Source of the DNA: a virus
Taxonomy: Duplodnaviria > Caudoviricetes
Virus record (IMG/VR): IMGVR_UViG_3300036770_008730
Direction: 5' to 3' (one strand)
DNA: 64,000 nt
This document shows positions 28,214 through 36,996 of this stretch, one piece after another (position 1 is the stretch's first letter; the number at the start of each line of letters is the position of its first letter). A model generated the notes under the pieces. The model saw only the letters and a list, made by a program, of their open reading frames with translations. It ran no database searches and had not been told where the DNA came from. The translations under genes were made by a program, and so were the position numbers.

Positions 28214-29323
28214 TCATATTGTTGGTGATTCTCCATCATTTTGTGTGTTTGGATCTTGTGAGTTGGGGTTATTAATATTCCCAGAAGCTCTTTCACGAGC
28301 TCTAAGTATATTATTGAACCATCTTGTTCTCTTTGGAGACACTGATTGATACTCGTCATTTATAAATTGACCATACTGACTATTTGCTCCTACATTCTGA
28401 TTATCAAAGAATGATAATGAGTTTGTTCCAGAATTTTCAATTCCTCCTGTTGAAGAGAATTGACTTGGTATGTTGTTTTGATTTTGAGCGAGATTATCAT
28501 AACTTTGACCAATGTTCTGAGTAGTTAGATTTGCGGTTTGTGTGTTATAAGAATTTCCTGATAAATTCTGACTGCTTCCAGGTATAATAACATCGTTATT
28601 AAAGAAAGATGAAAACCCACCTGTCATCGTATGACCGTTTGAATCTTTCATACCACTTCCGAATGGTCTTGGATATCCAGTTTGAACAACTCTATCTCTT
28701 CTAAACGAAGGGTAATAAGTTTCTACGGTAAATGAGCACTTTAATTTTATATTATTGTCACTGGTGAGATTTTTTTCTCTTGACATTTCTATACTATTTG
28801 TATCTGGCATCAGAATTACAGCATCGATATTCATAAAATTATGCTCAAAATACATATATTTGTAAATCCACATAGTATCCATAAGAGCTTGGCTACATTT
28901 AAAAGTATCAATTTCGTTATTTAGTAATATATCTAGTTCGTAGTTTACTGTTATTGGAATCGCTCTTACTCTCGCTAGAACTTTTCTAATCTCTATTTCA
29001 TTTTCAACAACCATTCTGAGCCAAACATTTGGATTTGCAAATTCATCTGATTTTATATTAAATCCAGTCATAGTTAGATGACCTCTAGGTATTTGATCTG
29101 TATTTAGTTCTATAAATCTATTTTCCGAAACTATATCATCCGAAAATGAGTCTAGAAGAAATCTTTCGTCTCCGGTTAGTGAATAATAAAAAGGAACCTG
29201 AACAAACCTATCTCCTGATGAAAATCTGTTTATCCATTTGACTTGCCCTTCTAATGTGTCTAAAACACAAACCGTTAAATCTCTGAAAAATACGTCCTCA
29301 AAATTAAATCTTTCTCCAATCAT
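28214..29323 (-). CDS. gp15: Tail sheath stabiliser/terminator (T4 gp15-like)
   Basis: SGDRFVQVPFYY resembles gp15 SGDKFIRVPITY; PITVNYELDIL strand. Confidence 0.6.
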   Translation of the reverse strand: MIGERFNFEDVFFRDLTVCVLDTLEGQVKWINRFSSGDRFVQVPFYYSLTGDERFLLDSFSDDIVSENRFIELNTDQIPRGHLTMTGFNIKSDEFANPNVWLRMVVENEIEIRKVLARVRAIPITVNYELDILLNNEIDTFKCSQALMDTMWIYKYMYFEHNFMNIDAVILMPDTNSIEMSREKNLTSDNNIKLKCSFTVETYYPSFRRDRVVQTGYPRPFGSGMKDSNGHTMTGGFSSFFNNDVIIPGSSQNLSGNSYNTQTANLTTQNIGQSYDNLAQNQNNIPSQFSSTGGIENSGTNSLSFFDNQNVGANSQYGQFINDEYQSVSPKRTRWFNNILRARERASGNINNPNSQDPNTQNDGESPTI

Positions 29324-29385
29324 GCAATTATATATTAAATAAACTTTCTCTCAAAGAGAGATATAAAAAATGTAAAAACAAATCT

Positions 29386-30348
29386 ATGTCAGTAAAGTCA
29401 TTATTACTTTGGGAAAAATGGAGACCAAAAAAATTCGAAGATATTATTCTTATTCCGAGAATAAGAAAGCAATTTGAGTCTGGGATATCTCAACACTATA
29501 TTTTCTATGGACACTACGGGTCTGGCAAAACATCATTGGCTAGAATATTAATAGGTAAGTATAGTAAAGATACACCTTATTTGGAACTTAATTGTTCTAT
29601 GGATACATCTATAGATGTTTTGAGGTCTGAGATAGATACTTTTTGTAAAGTTAGACCTATGATGGATGTTGAATCTGAAATTAAATACGTTTTTCTGGAT
29701 GAATTCGAAAGAGTTTCTCCACAATTTCAAGATGCATTCAAAGCCTTTATCGAAAAGTATAATAACAAAGTTAGATTCATAATCTGTACTAATCACATAA
29801 ACAAAATTTCTGAAGGAATAAAATCCAGGATAAAATCAATAAACTTTGATTGTATCGATTTATCAGAAGAAAAATTTATAAAAATTGAACTTTTTAAGAG
29901 AATTTCTAATTTGATATTACCATCTGAGAAAAAACAAATATCAAAAGAAAATTTAATTAGTATAATAAATAAAACTTTCCCCGATTTTCGAGGAGTTTTA
30001 GTAGAGGTTCAGAATTTTTTAGAAACTGGTGATAATAATATTAATAGTAGTAATATTTCAAATTCTCTAAAATTTGAACTTTTTAATTTAGTTTTTTCAA
30101 AGTCAAATTATAATGAAACGTATCAGTTTGTTTTGAAAAATTTTGGTCCAGATAAAGTTGACATTTTGATGAAACAACTAGGAAAACCTTTTATCGATTT
30201 TTGTATCGAAAATAATAAATCTATTGATAAACTCTTTGAATGTAATTTTATTTTAGCAGACTACTCTGATAAACTTGACACAAACACTGACCCTATTGTT
30301 TTGGCAATGACAATCATAGGTAAATTTCAATTATTACTATCCGAATAG
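29386..30348 (+). CDS. gp44: Clamp loader subunit (T4 gp44/RFC small subunit)
   Basis: LWEKWRPKKFEDII, GHYGSGKTS, VFLDEFE, FIICTN. Confidence 0.85.
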   Translation: MSVKSLLLWEKWRPKKFEDIILIPRIRKQFESGISQHYIFYGHYGSGKTSLARILIGKYSKDTPYLELNCSMDTSIDVLRSEIDTFCKVRPMMDVESEIKYVFLDEFERVSPQFQDAFKAFIEKYNNKVRFIICTNHINKISEGIKSRIKSINFDCIDLSEEKFIKIELFKRISNLILPSEKKQISKENLISIINKTFPDFRGVLVEVQNFLETGDNNINSSNISNSLKFELFNLVFSKSNYNETYQFVLKNFGPDKVDILMKQLGKPFIDFCIENNKSIDKLFECNFILADYSDKLDTNTDPIVLAMTIIGKFQLLLSE

Positions 30349-30369
30349 TTATATTTTTATATATAGTTT

Positions 30370-30744
30370 ATGGATTTAAACTTCATAGATTTTTATATTC
30401 TTTATCCTGGTCATCCAGGTTATTCCTCAATTGAATTAATAGAGGATGATTTAACTAAAGTAATAGTTCAAAAATACCAAATGATTATCTTTACAAATAA
30501 AGGAGATGTTTTTGGTTTACCAGACTTGGGTGCGAATCTACTTGAATTATTACATGATACTAGCTATTCCGCCCAGACTGTTGAGGAAGATTTAAATAAT
30601 CAGATTAGATTGTATATTCCTGAACTACAGAATCTTGAGTACGATATAAAAGTTAGCTTTTTTCAACATCCTGAAAGATTTGAAGAATTTATGGTTATAG
30701 ATTTTAGTTTTAATGGTATGTTAGTCTCTACAATAGTTCAATAA
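30370..30744 (+). CDS. gp25: Baseplate wedge subunit (gp25-like)
   Basis: FTNKGDVFGLPDLGANL..IRLYIPEL motif. Confidence 0.65.
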   Translation: MDLNFIDFYILYPGHPGYSSIELIEDDLTKVIVQKYQMIIFTNKGDVFGLPDLGANLLELLHDTSYSAQTVEEDLNNQIRLYIPELQNLEYDIKVSFFQHPERFEEFMVIDFSFNGMLVSTIVQ

Positions 30745-30928
30745 AGTCTTTGAAATTTAATACCGATTCTTTCATCATTTTTTTAAAAATACCCATTGTA
30801 TAAGCCCAATTATCTCTTTTACCTTTTCTTTCCTTAGATAGTTTTTTTGCCTTCTGCCATCTTTCTTCTACTTCCGATATTTTCATCTTTTTTTTCTTTG
30901 CTAATTTTTTCACATAACTTGTTGGCAT
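30728..30928 (-). CDS. Small basic hypothetical protein
   Basis: 66-aa Lys-rich ORF with AATATATA upstream (30949-30956). Confidence 0.55.
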   Translation of the reverse strand: MPTSYVKKLAKKKKMKISEVEERWQKAKKLSKERKGKRDNWAYTMGIFKKMMKESVLNFKDFIELL

Positions 30929-30979
30929 AAAATCAATTTACTTTTTCATATATATTATTTTTTAATATATAAAACTTCA

Positions 30980-32071
30980 ATGAAATATTTAGTTAAGTTT
31001 AAATTATTTGAGGAAATAAATTATAGAGATATCTCTGAAATTGTAACAGGGTTTGATGATTACTTTACCGTATCTTTTGAATTTGAAATCGAAACTGAAA
31101 GTCAAGATGATATAAAATTAAACTTTGAAGATTTAGATGATGAGATTGCTGAGGACATCATTGCCATAATTTTTAAAGATTTAGAAGTAAGAGGTAGAAC
31201 TAATAAAAAGTTTGTTAGAGATTTAGTTTATTCACTTTTAGACTATGTAGATAATGATGTTATTGATATAGAAACATATAATTCGATGTTTTCTGATGGA
31301 GTCGCTTCAAATAGCGAACAGATAAATATACTTAGACATGCAAAGGCTGTAATATCTAGTTTTATCGGCATTGAGGATTTGACACATCTTAAAAAGATGG
31401 TAAAATTACATTTATCTGACTTTTATAGAAAATGGTACAGAAGGATTGATTTTATTGGTGATGCTACCTTAGATAGGGGTATAGAAATTAAACCTAAAAC
31501 ATATCTAAAAAGTATTTCTGAATCTATTGAAATGTTGAACGACTTTTTTACAAATATGAAATCTCAGGATTATTGGGTTTTTTCGGAAAGAACTGGACTA
31601 CATATAAATGTTGGAACAAATAAAAAAAGTGAGTGGAATTCGATTAAAGGTCTATTGATTTTAAATGATATTTCAAAATCTGGAACACCTCTAGTATTTA
31701 AAGATATGACCTGGCGAATGAATAATAACTTTTGTGGATCACTTATATCTCAAATAAATAATATGAGTGATATTGAAAAATTAGATTTAAAATCTAAGAT
31801 TGATTTAAATAATGTCAACTCAGCAGAAGATATACTAAATCAATTTTTAGTAGAAAGAATAAAACTATGGGGTGTCAAAAACTTTGGATTTAATATAACA
31901 AAACTAGATCAGAATTATGTTGAATTTCGATATGTTGGTGGTATTATAAATTCAGAAGTTGTAATTGAAAAGCTTAAATATTTCTGTTTTTTGGTTTATT
32001 GTATGACAAATAAAGAATATAAAAGAAAAGAATATTTAGGTAAATTGTATAAGTTTGTTGATAATCTTTAA
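30980..32071 (+). CDS. Putative amidoligase (COOH-NH2 ligase, glutamine-synthetase fold) with capsid-targeting-like N-terminus
   Basis: SFEFEIE, DATL..GIEI, TGLHINVG, YVEFRYVGG motifs. Confidence 0.65.
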   Translation: MKYLVKFKLFEEINYRDISEIVTGFDDYFTVSFEFEIETESQDDIKLNFEDLDDEIAEDIIAIIFKDLEVRGRTNKKFVRDLVYSLLDYVDNDVIDIETYNSMFSDGVASNSEQINILRHAKAVISSFIGIEDLTHLKKMVKLHLSDFYRKWYRRIDFIGDATLDRGIEIKPKTYLKSISESIEMLNDFFTNMKSQDYWVFSERTGLHINVGTNKKSEWNSIKGLLILNDISKSGTPLVFKDMTWRMNNNFCGSLISQINNMSDIEKLDLKSKIDLNNVNSAEDILNQFLVERIKLWGVKNFGFNITKLDQNYVEFRYVGGIINSEVVIEKLKYFCFLVYCMTNKEYKRKEYLGKLYKFVDNL

Positions 32072-32722
32072 CTACTTAATTGGACAGTGATTTGCGCTGT
32101 AAATATATTTCCAATTTCTTTTAATATTCACACCTATTTTTTCAGCGGTTGTTATTATATCCTCTAAACATTCAGAATCAGAACCACCAACAATAATAAC
32201 TTCTTTTCCTTTCATACTTAGAAGAAGTTTATATAGTTTTATAGGAACATGAAACCACCTATGATTATTTCCTATGTAAACAATTAATGTTCCTTCTTTT
32301 GTTTCAAAACATTCTCCCTTTTGAAGTGTTCCGTCTAATTCTTTGCTTTTGATTAGTTTGTAGGTTTTCTCATCCAAAATACCCTTATTACCATCACTAT
32401 TTTTCATTTTTGTATTATAGAAGTCAGAATCAACATCATAGTTGTATCTCTTTTCAATTAAATCCTTTTGATTTGGAAAATGATATAAGTCATCGTGTAT
32501 TGGTATCTCTGGATTTTCATCATATAAGTATTGTTTGTCTACATCTTTGCCATCAACATGATTATCAAATATTTGATAGACATGTTGAAAAGTCTCACAG
32601 TATTTTTTCAATTCATTCAAATACATTTCTGAAAAGTACTTTCTAAAGGATTTCTGAACATCAACTACAATAAGAGTATCTCCTATCTGTTCAAAGTCTT
32701 CATATAGTTTAAGGTATCTCAT
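32072..32722 (-). CDS. Isochorismatase/nicotinamidase-like cysteine hydrolase with capsid-targeting-like N-terminus
   Basis: LIVVDVQ (Asp), LIEKRY (Lys), VIIVGG..SECL (Cys) triad-like motifs. Confidence 0.55.
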   Translation of the reverse strand: MRYLKLYEDFEQIGDTLIVVDVQKSFRKYFSEMYLNELKKYCETFQHVYQIFDNHVDGKDVDKQYLYDENPEIPIHDDLYHFPNQKDLIEKRYNYDVDSDFYNTKMKNSDGNKGILDEKTYKLIKSKELDGTLQKGECFETKEGTLIVYIGNNHRWFHVPIKLYKLLLSMKGKEVIIVGGSDSECLEDIITTAEKIGVNIKRNWKYIYSANHCPIK

Positions 32723-32738
32723 TAATTATATATTAAAT

Positions 32739-32764
32739 AAAAAACCCATCATTTCTGATGGGTC
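32739..32764 (-). terminator. Intrinsic terminator
   Basis: AAAAACCCATCA-TTTC-TGATGGGT; T-run on the minus strand. Confidence 0.7.
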
Positions 32765-32784
32765 GATGATAATATATTTTAAGA

Positions 32785-33432
32785 TTATTCTTCTGGAAGT
32801 TTTTCTTCTCCCTCTTCTTGTCCTTCCTCTTTCTCTTCTTGTCCTTCCTCTTTCTCTTCTTGTCCTTCCTCTTTCTCTTCTTGTCCTTCCTCTTTCTCTT
32901 CTTGTCCTTCCTCTTTCTCTTCTTGTCCTTGACCTTGTCCCTGTGGTTCTTCAAATTCTTCTTCTTTTTGTCCTTGGCCTTGAGTTTGTCCTTGGCCTTG
33001 AGTTTGTCCTTGACCTTGAGTTTGTCCTTGACCTTGAGTTTGTCCTTGACCTTGAGTTTGTCCTTGAGCTTGTGGTTGAGTTTCCGCTTGAGCTTGTGGT
33101 TGAGTTTCTGTTTGAACTTGAGTTTGACCTTGTCCTTGTGTCTGAGTCTGACCACCCATTATCGCACCTCCTGGAATTTTCTCAACATCTAAGAAATTCA
33201 TATTAATATACTTAACAATTTCTTCAGCGATATCAACATCTCCAAAAAACTGACGAAGATTCTTACCAGTTGTATCTTTAACTTTTTTAACATAAGCATT
33301 AATCAAAGATTGAGGAATATCAATCATAGTTTTAACCTTATATATGTCGTTTACTTGAAGAACTGATTCTTTGATAATCTCTTCTCTGTTCTTCTTAACA
33401 CGATATTTTTCGAATGTTCTAATATGCTTCAT
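32785..33432 (-). CDS. Hypothetical protein: capsid-targeting-like N-terminus, small folded domain, QG and acidic repeat tail
   Basis: MKHIRTFEKY start behind AATATATA; (QGQGQT)n and (EEKEEGQ)n. Confidence 0.7.
   Translation of the reverse strand: MKHIRTFEKYRVKKNREEIIKESVLQVNDIYKVKTMIDIPQSLINAYVKKVKDTTGKNLRQFFGDVDIAEEIVKYINMNFLDVEKIPGGAIMGGQTQTQGQGQTQVQTETQPQAQAETQPQAQGQTQGQGQTQGQGQTQGQGQTQGQGQTQGQGQKEEEFEEPQGQGQGQEEKEEGQEEKEEGQEEKEEGQEEKEEGQEEKEEGQEEGEEKLPEE
32815..33070 (-). repeat. Two coding tandem arrays: 21-bp (EEKEEGQ) x ~5 and 18-bp (QGQGQT) x ~5
   Basis: TTGTCCTTCCTCTTTCTCTTC and TTGTCCTTG(A/G)CCTTGAGT units on the + strand. Confidence 0.9.
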
Positions 33433-33489
33433 TTTTTTTAAGTATATTTTTTATAGGTTATATATTAACTCTAAAAAGTCATTTTTTTC

Positions 33490-33981
33490 TCATGGTTTCA
33501 ATATTGTTGCTGTCACAAATCCGACTACTAAACCAATTCCTCCTCCAATTAAAATTTTACCTTTTGTTCTTTTTATTTTATTAAGATGTAAGTCAATTTC
33601 CTTATTTTTATTCTCAATTTCCTTCTTGTACGTTTCTTCTGTTATTTTATAATTTGAAACTTGTAAATTAAGATTATTGATTTCTTTATCTTTACCTATT
33701 ATCAAACTATTTTTATTTTTTATCAATTTATCTTGAGAGTTGATTGTTTTATCCTTTTCCTCTATTGTTCTTATACAAGAAGAATCCACATTATTAATTT
33801 GAGTTGACATTTTTTCATAAAGTGGTAATAGATCTGTTTTATTGTCTAATGCCTGAGCTTGTTCGAGTGTTAGAACAACAAGTTTTGTTCCTACAGAATC
33901 CACTGTGAATAATGGATATTCAATCTGTGCAAAGATTTTTGATGATAAAATCATCATTAGTATTATTAAAATATGTTTCAT
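33490..33981 (-). CDS. Exported coiled-coil protein with C-terminal TM (spanin-like partner)
   Basis: Signal peptide ending IFA|Q, heptad region, C-terminal GGGIGLVVGFVTATIL. Confidence 0.45.
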   Translation of the reverse strand: MKHILIILMMILSSKIFAQIEYPLFTVDSVGTKLVVLTLEQAQALDNKTDLLPLYEKMSTQINNVDSSCIRTIEEKDKTINSQDKLIKNKNSLIIGKDKEINNLNLQVSNYKITEETYKKEIENKNKEIDLHLNKIKRTKGKILIGGGIGLVVGFVTATILKP

Positions 33982-34394
33982 TTTTTTGATTTAGATTTTA
34001 GTGAGTTTAATAAATCGTTTCCATCTCTATTTGCTGGATGTTTTTTTATTTCCTCTATTTTGATTTTAGTTTCCTCTAATTCTTTTCTTAACTTATCCAA
34101 TTCTTGTCTAGATAGGTTTGCTTTATTTTTTTGGTCTTTAACCTCTTTTTCTAATACATTAGATCTATAGATTAGAGAGTCGTTATGTTTTCTTACAACT
34201 GTCAGGTCTAATTCTAATTTTTCTCTCTCTTTTAAGAGAGAGTCTCTTTTTTGTTGTATCATTTTATTTTCCTCTCTTAGTTTTTCGAGTTCTTTTTTAT
34301 ATTGTTTATCTCCTTCATATAGACTTTTCCACACAAAAACACAACAAATTAGTGTTAATACTAGTATCAAAATTGTTTTTAAATCTATTTTCAT
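33978..34394 (-). CDS. N-terminal TM plus coiled-coil protein (i-spanin-like)
   Basis: N-terminal hydrophobic helix followed by long heptads; 4-nt overlap with the partner gene. Confidence 0.45.
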   Translation of the reverse strand: MKIDLKTILILVLTLICCVFVWKSLYEGDKQYKKELEKLREENKMIQQKRDSLLKEREKLELDLTVVRKHNDSLIYRSNVLEKEVKDQKNKANLSRQELDKLRKELEETKIKIEEIKKHPANRDGNDLLNSLKSKSKK

Positions 34395-34528
34395 ATTATT
34401 TTCTATTTTCGATATATATAAAAATTATTTTATCTTTCAATTGAAATTTATTATCTTTGAGAAAATAGATTATCAAACAAATAAAATTATAAATATATAA
34501 TATATACTTAAACATAAAATTTCAAATT

Positions 34529-34813
34529 ATGGCAACAATCACAAAAAAGAAGACACAGTCTAAAGCTGACGAAATACTCTCTAAGCCTTATCGATTGATA
34601 CTTCACAATGATGATTATAATACCTTTGATTGGGTAATCACTTGTCTTATGAAGGTTTGTAACCATGAGTTCGAACAGGCCTCACAATGTGCACATATTG
34701 TCCATTATAAAGGCAAATGTGATGTGAAGTATGGAGACTTAGAAATCATTTCTGAAATGAAGAATAAACTTGCTAGTGCTGGTCTTAGTGTTACTATGGA
34801 AGTAAACAGTTAA
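34529..34813 (+). CDS. clpS: ATP-dependent Clp protease adaptor ClpS
   Basis: LILHNDDYNTFDWV..L..AHIVHYKGKCDVKYG. Confidence 0.85.
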   Translation: MATITKKKTQSKADEILSKPYRLILHNDDYNTFDWVITCLMKVCNHEFEQASQCAHIVHYKGKCDVKYGDLEIISEMKNKLASAGLSVTMEVNS

Positions 34814-36948
34814 ATGTTTTTACCAAACCAATCAATGTTTCTTGAGTTTGGATTTTTCCTTTGATTCTGTTTTCTCAATCTTAATACTTGTCCATAATCT
34901 AGTGATTCAACATGATCCATCTGATTAAGACAATTATTTACGTAACTTACAAAGTCTTTTGGTAAAAATTTATTAAACCACTCTTCCACCATCTCTTTAT
35001 ATTCATATTTTTGAATAATTGAAGTCATGTTGACTACGGTCATTACGGTGTCATCATGTCCAACATCGGCAGCATATCTTATGTTACCAGAGGATGTTAT
35101 GTGTTTAACAAATGTGGTTATCTCTCTTATGTTCTCTTCATTTGTTATTATAATGCTTTTTGATTGTAGAAGACCTTGATAATCTTTGACTAACAGGTTT
35201 TTATTTTCCCCTACTTTAAGACCCATTTTTTCCTCGGTTGAGTCAATTCTGTGTTTGTATCTAACAAACACAGAGGAACCATAGTTGTTTCTTCCTTCAA
35301 AAACATGTGGTAGTTCAGCAAAAAGAGCATTTCCATAGTTGTTTAACTCGACAACGACTTTTACATTTTCAGGATTTAGATATTCAAATACTATCATATA
35401 AAGTAATTCAGCAAGCTGTTTAACCGAAACCAAATTACTTCTGTAAATGCCTATCTGTTCTAATCTAAAGAAATCAACTATAGAAGTATATGATAATTTT
35501 TGAATTTCTATTAATTCAGTTGGTTTTGGAGAAATCTTAAAAATGTTTATAACAGAGTAATCTTGACCTAATCCCTCGGATATATCGACCGAAATAACTA
35601 CTTTGTAATCTTTTCTCCTAAGAGGTATGAATATCTCATCATCATCAATCCATTTTAATTCGTTATAACTGAACTTAAGTCTTGAATCAAATTCTGGTAT
35701 TTCTTCAAATAAAAAATTCTTTTTACCCTTTAATAATTCATCAATTATTGACTCACTTAATAATGATTTACTTGAATTGATAAATCTTAATCCATATTCT
35801 TGATTAAAGGCATCTTCTCCTCCTATATCTTTAATTGCTTCTTCTTTCCAAGTGGTCGTCTCCGCAATCATTCTTATAGGAACCTCATGTCCTTTTTTGT
35901 CAATGAATGTCATAGATTTAACCTCTTCATCCGAACACATCTCATTATTATAAACATAGATTATATCTTTTTGTATATCAATATTGTATATCATCTCAAC
36001 TTTTGTTTTACCTTCCCATCTTTCTTTCATCAGTTGTAGAATGTCTTCTTTTGTTACTCCATGTTCATATAATTTATGATTATTTAATCTTATGTAAGTT
36101 AGGAATCTACCTGGTACTTGATACCAGTATACCCTCATTGGTTTATAGTTATTTTTTTGAGGATCACCATCAGGCCTTTCAGCATCGGTTAGTAATCTAT
36201 GAAATAAATTCATACCATTTGGGGTTGATGTGATAATAATCTTAGAGTTTTGAACAGCTGATACAGTCGGAAATGCTGCCGTATAGTATGGTTCTATGAT
36301 ATTAGATGGGATGTGTGCAAACTCATCTAAATAAAGAACATCAATGGTAAAACCAATTGCTGGTGTTTTAGTTCTTGCTGATGTTTTTATTCTACATCCA
36401 TTTTCAAATGTTAACGACTTTTGATTCCAGGTTTTTATACCAGGTTTGAGAAAGAAAGGAAGTAGTGAGTAGATTGACTTTATTTTATCTACAATTTCTA
36501 TTGCTGTATCACCCTTATTTGCTACAATCATTATGTTCTTATCATTGTTAAATAAGATGGTATGTAACATGAAAATTGATGATGATATAGTTTTACCAAC
36601 CTGTCTTGACGCCATCAAGATATTAAATCTACTATTCATAAAATTATCAAGTATCTGTTTCTGATACTCTCTTAGTTTGATATTATTAATAGATCCATCT
36701 TCTGTTTTAACTTTACAATACTTCTCTGTGAAATAATGAACATCAAGTGCACATCTAACATATTCTTGTTGTTCATCTGGTGTCATTTTAAATGTAACAC
36801 CTGATCTTCTTAGACCGACTTCACTTTTTAGCCAAGGATTTTGAAATTTCTTTACAACAACACCATCATTTATCTTGTCTGTTGCCTCATCTACTAATTT
36901 AGTAGTGAAAATCATTTGTTTTTCTATGGGTTGTTTACCAAAGGACAT
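34810..36948 (-). CDS. gp17: Terminase large subunit (T4 gp17-like)
   Basis: LREYQ, ASRQVGKT (Walker A), LYLDEFA (Walker B), ITSTPNG, VISVDISEG, HDDTVM nuclease motifs. Confidence 0.9.
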   Translation of the reverse strand: MSFGKQPIEKQMIFTTKLVDEATDKINDGVVVKKFQNPWLKSEVGLRRSGVTFKMTPDEQQEYVRCALDVHYFTEKYCKVKTEDGSINNIKLREYQKQILDNFMNSRFNILMASRQVGKTISSSIFMLHTILFNNDKNIMIVANKGDTAIEIVDKIKSIYSLLPFFLKPGIKTWNQKSLTFENGCRIKTSARTKTPAIGFTIDVLYLDEFAHIPSNIIEPYYTAAFPTVSAVQNSKIIITSTPNGMNLFHRLLTDAERPDGDPQKNNYKPMRVYWYQVPGRFLTYIRLNNHKLYEHGVTKEDILQLMKERWEGKTKVEMIYNIDIQKDIIYVYNNEMCSDEEVKSMTFIDKKGHEVPIRMIAETTTWKEEAIKDIGGEDAFNQEYGLRFINSSKSLLSESIIDELLKGKKNFLFEEIPEFDSRLKFSYNELKWIDDDEIFIPLRRKDYKVVISVDISEGLGQDYSVINIFKISPKPTELIEIQKLSYTSIVDFFRLEQIGIYRSNLVSVKQLAELLYMIVFEYLNPENVKVVVELNNYGNALFAELPHVFEGRNNYGSSVFVRYKHRIDSTEEKMGLKVGENKNLLVKDYQGLLQSKSIIITNEENIREITTFVKHITSSGNIRYAADVGHDDTVMTVVNMTSIIQKYEYKEMVEEWFNKFLPKDFVSYVNNCLNQMDHVESLDYGQVLRLRKQNQRKNPNSRNIDWFGKNI

Positions 36949-36996
36949 AAGGGATGATAATACTTTTTAATATATATTGTAAAAAACCACTCTTCT

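Noticed and set aside
32733-33206. ORFs 32733, 32766 and 32818
   Set aside because: Alternative frames of the same tandem arrays; only 32785..33432 has a promoter motif and a sensible N-terminus
35857-36105. Intein in the terminase
   Set aside because: The insert lacks an N-terminal Cys/Ser and C-terminal His-Asn, and is too short
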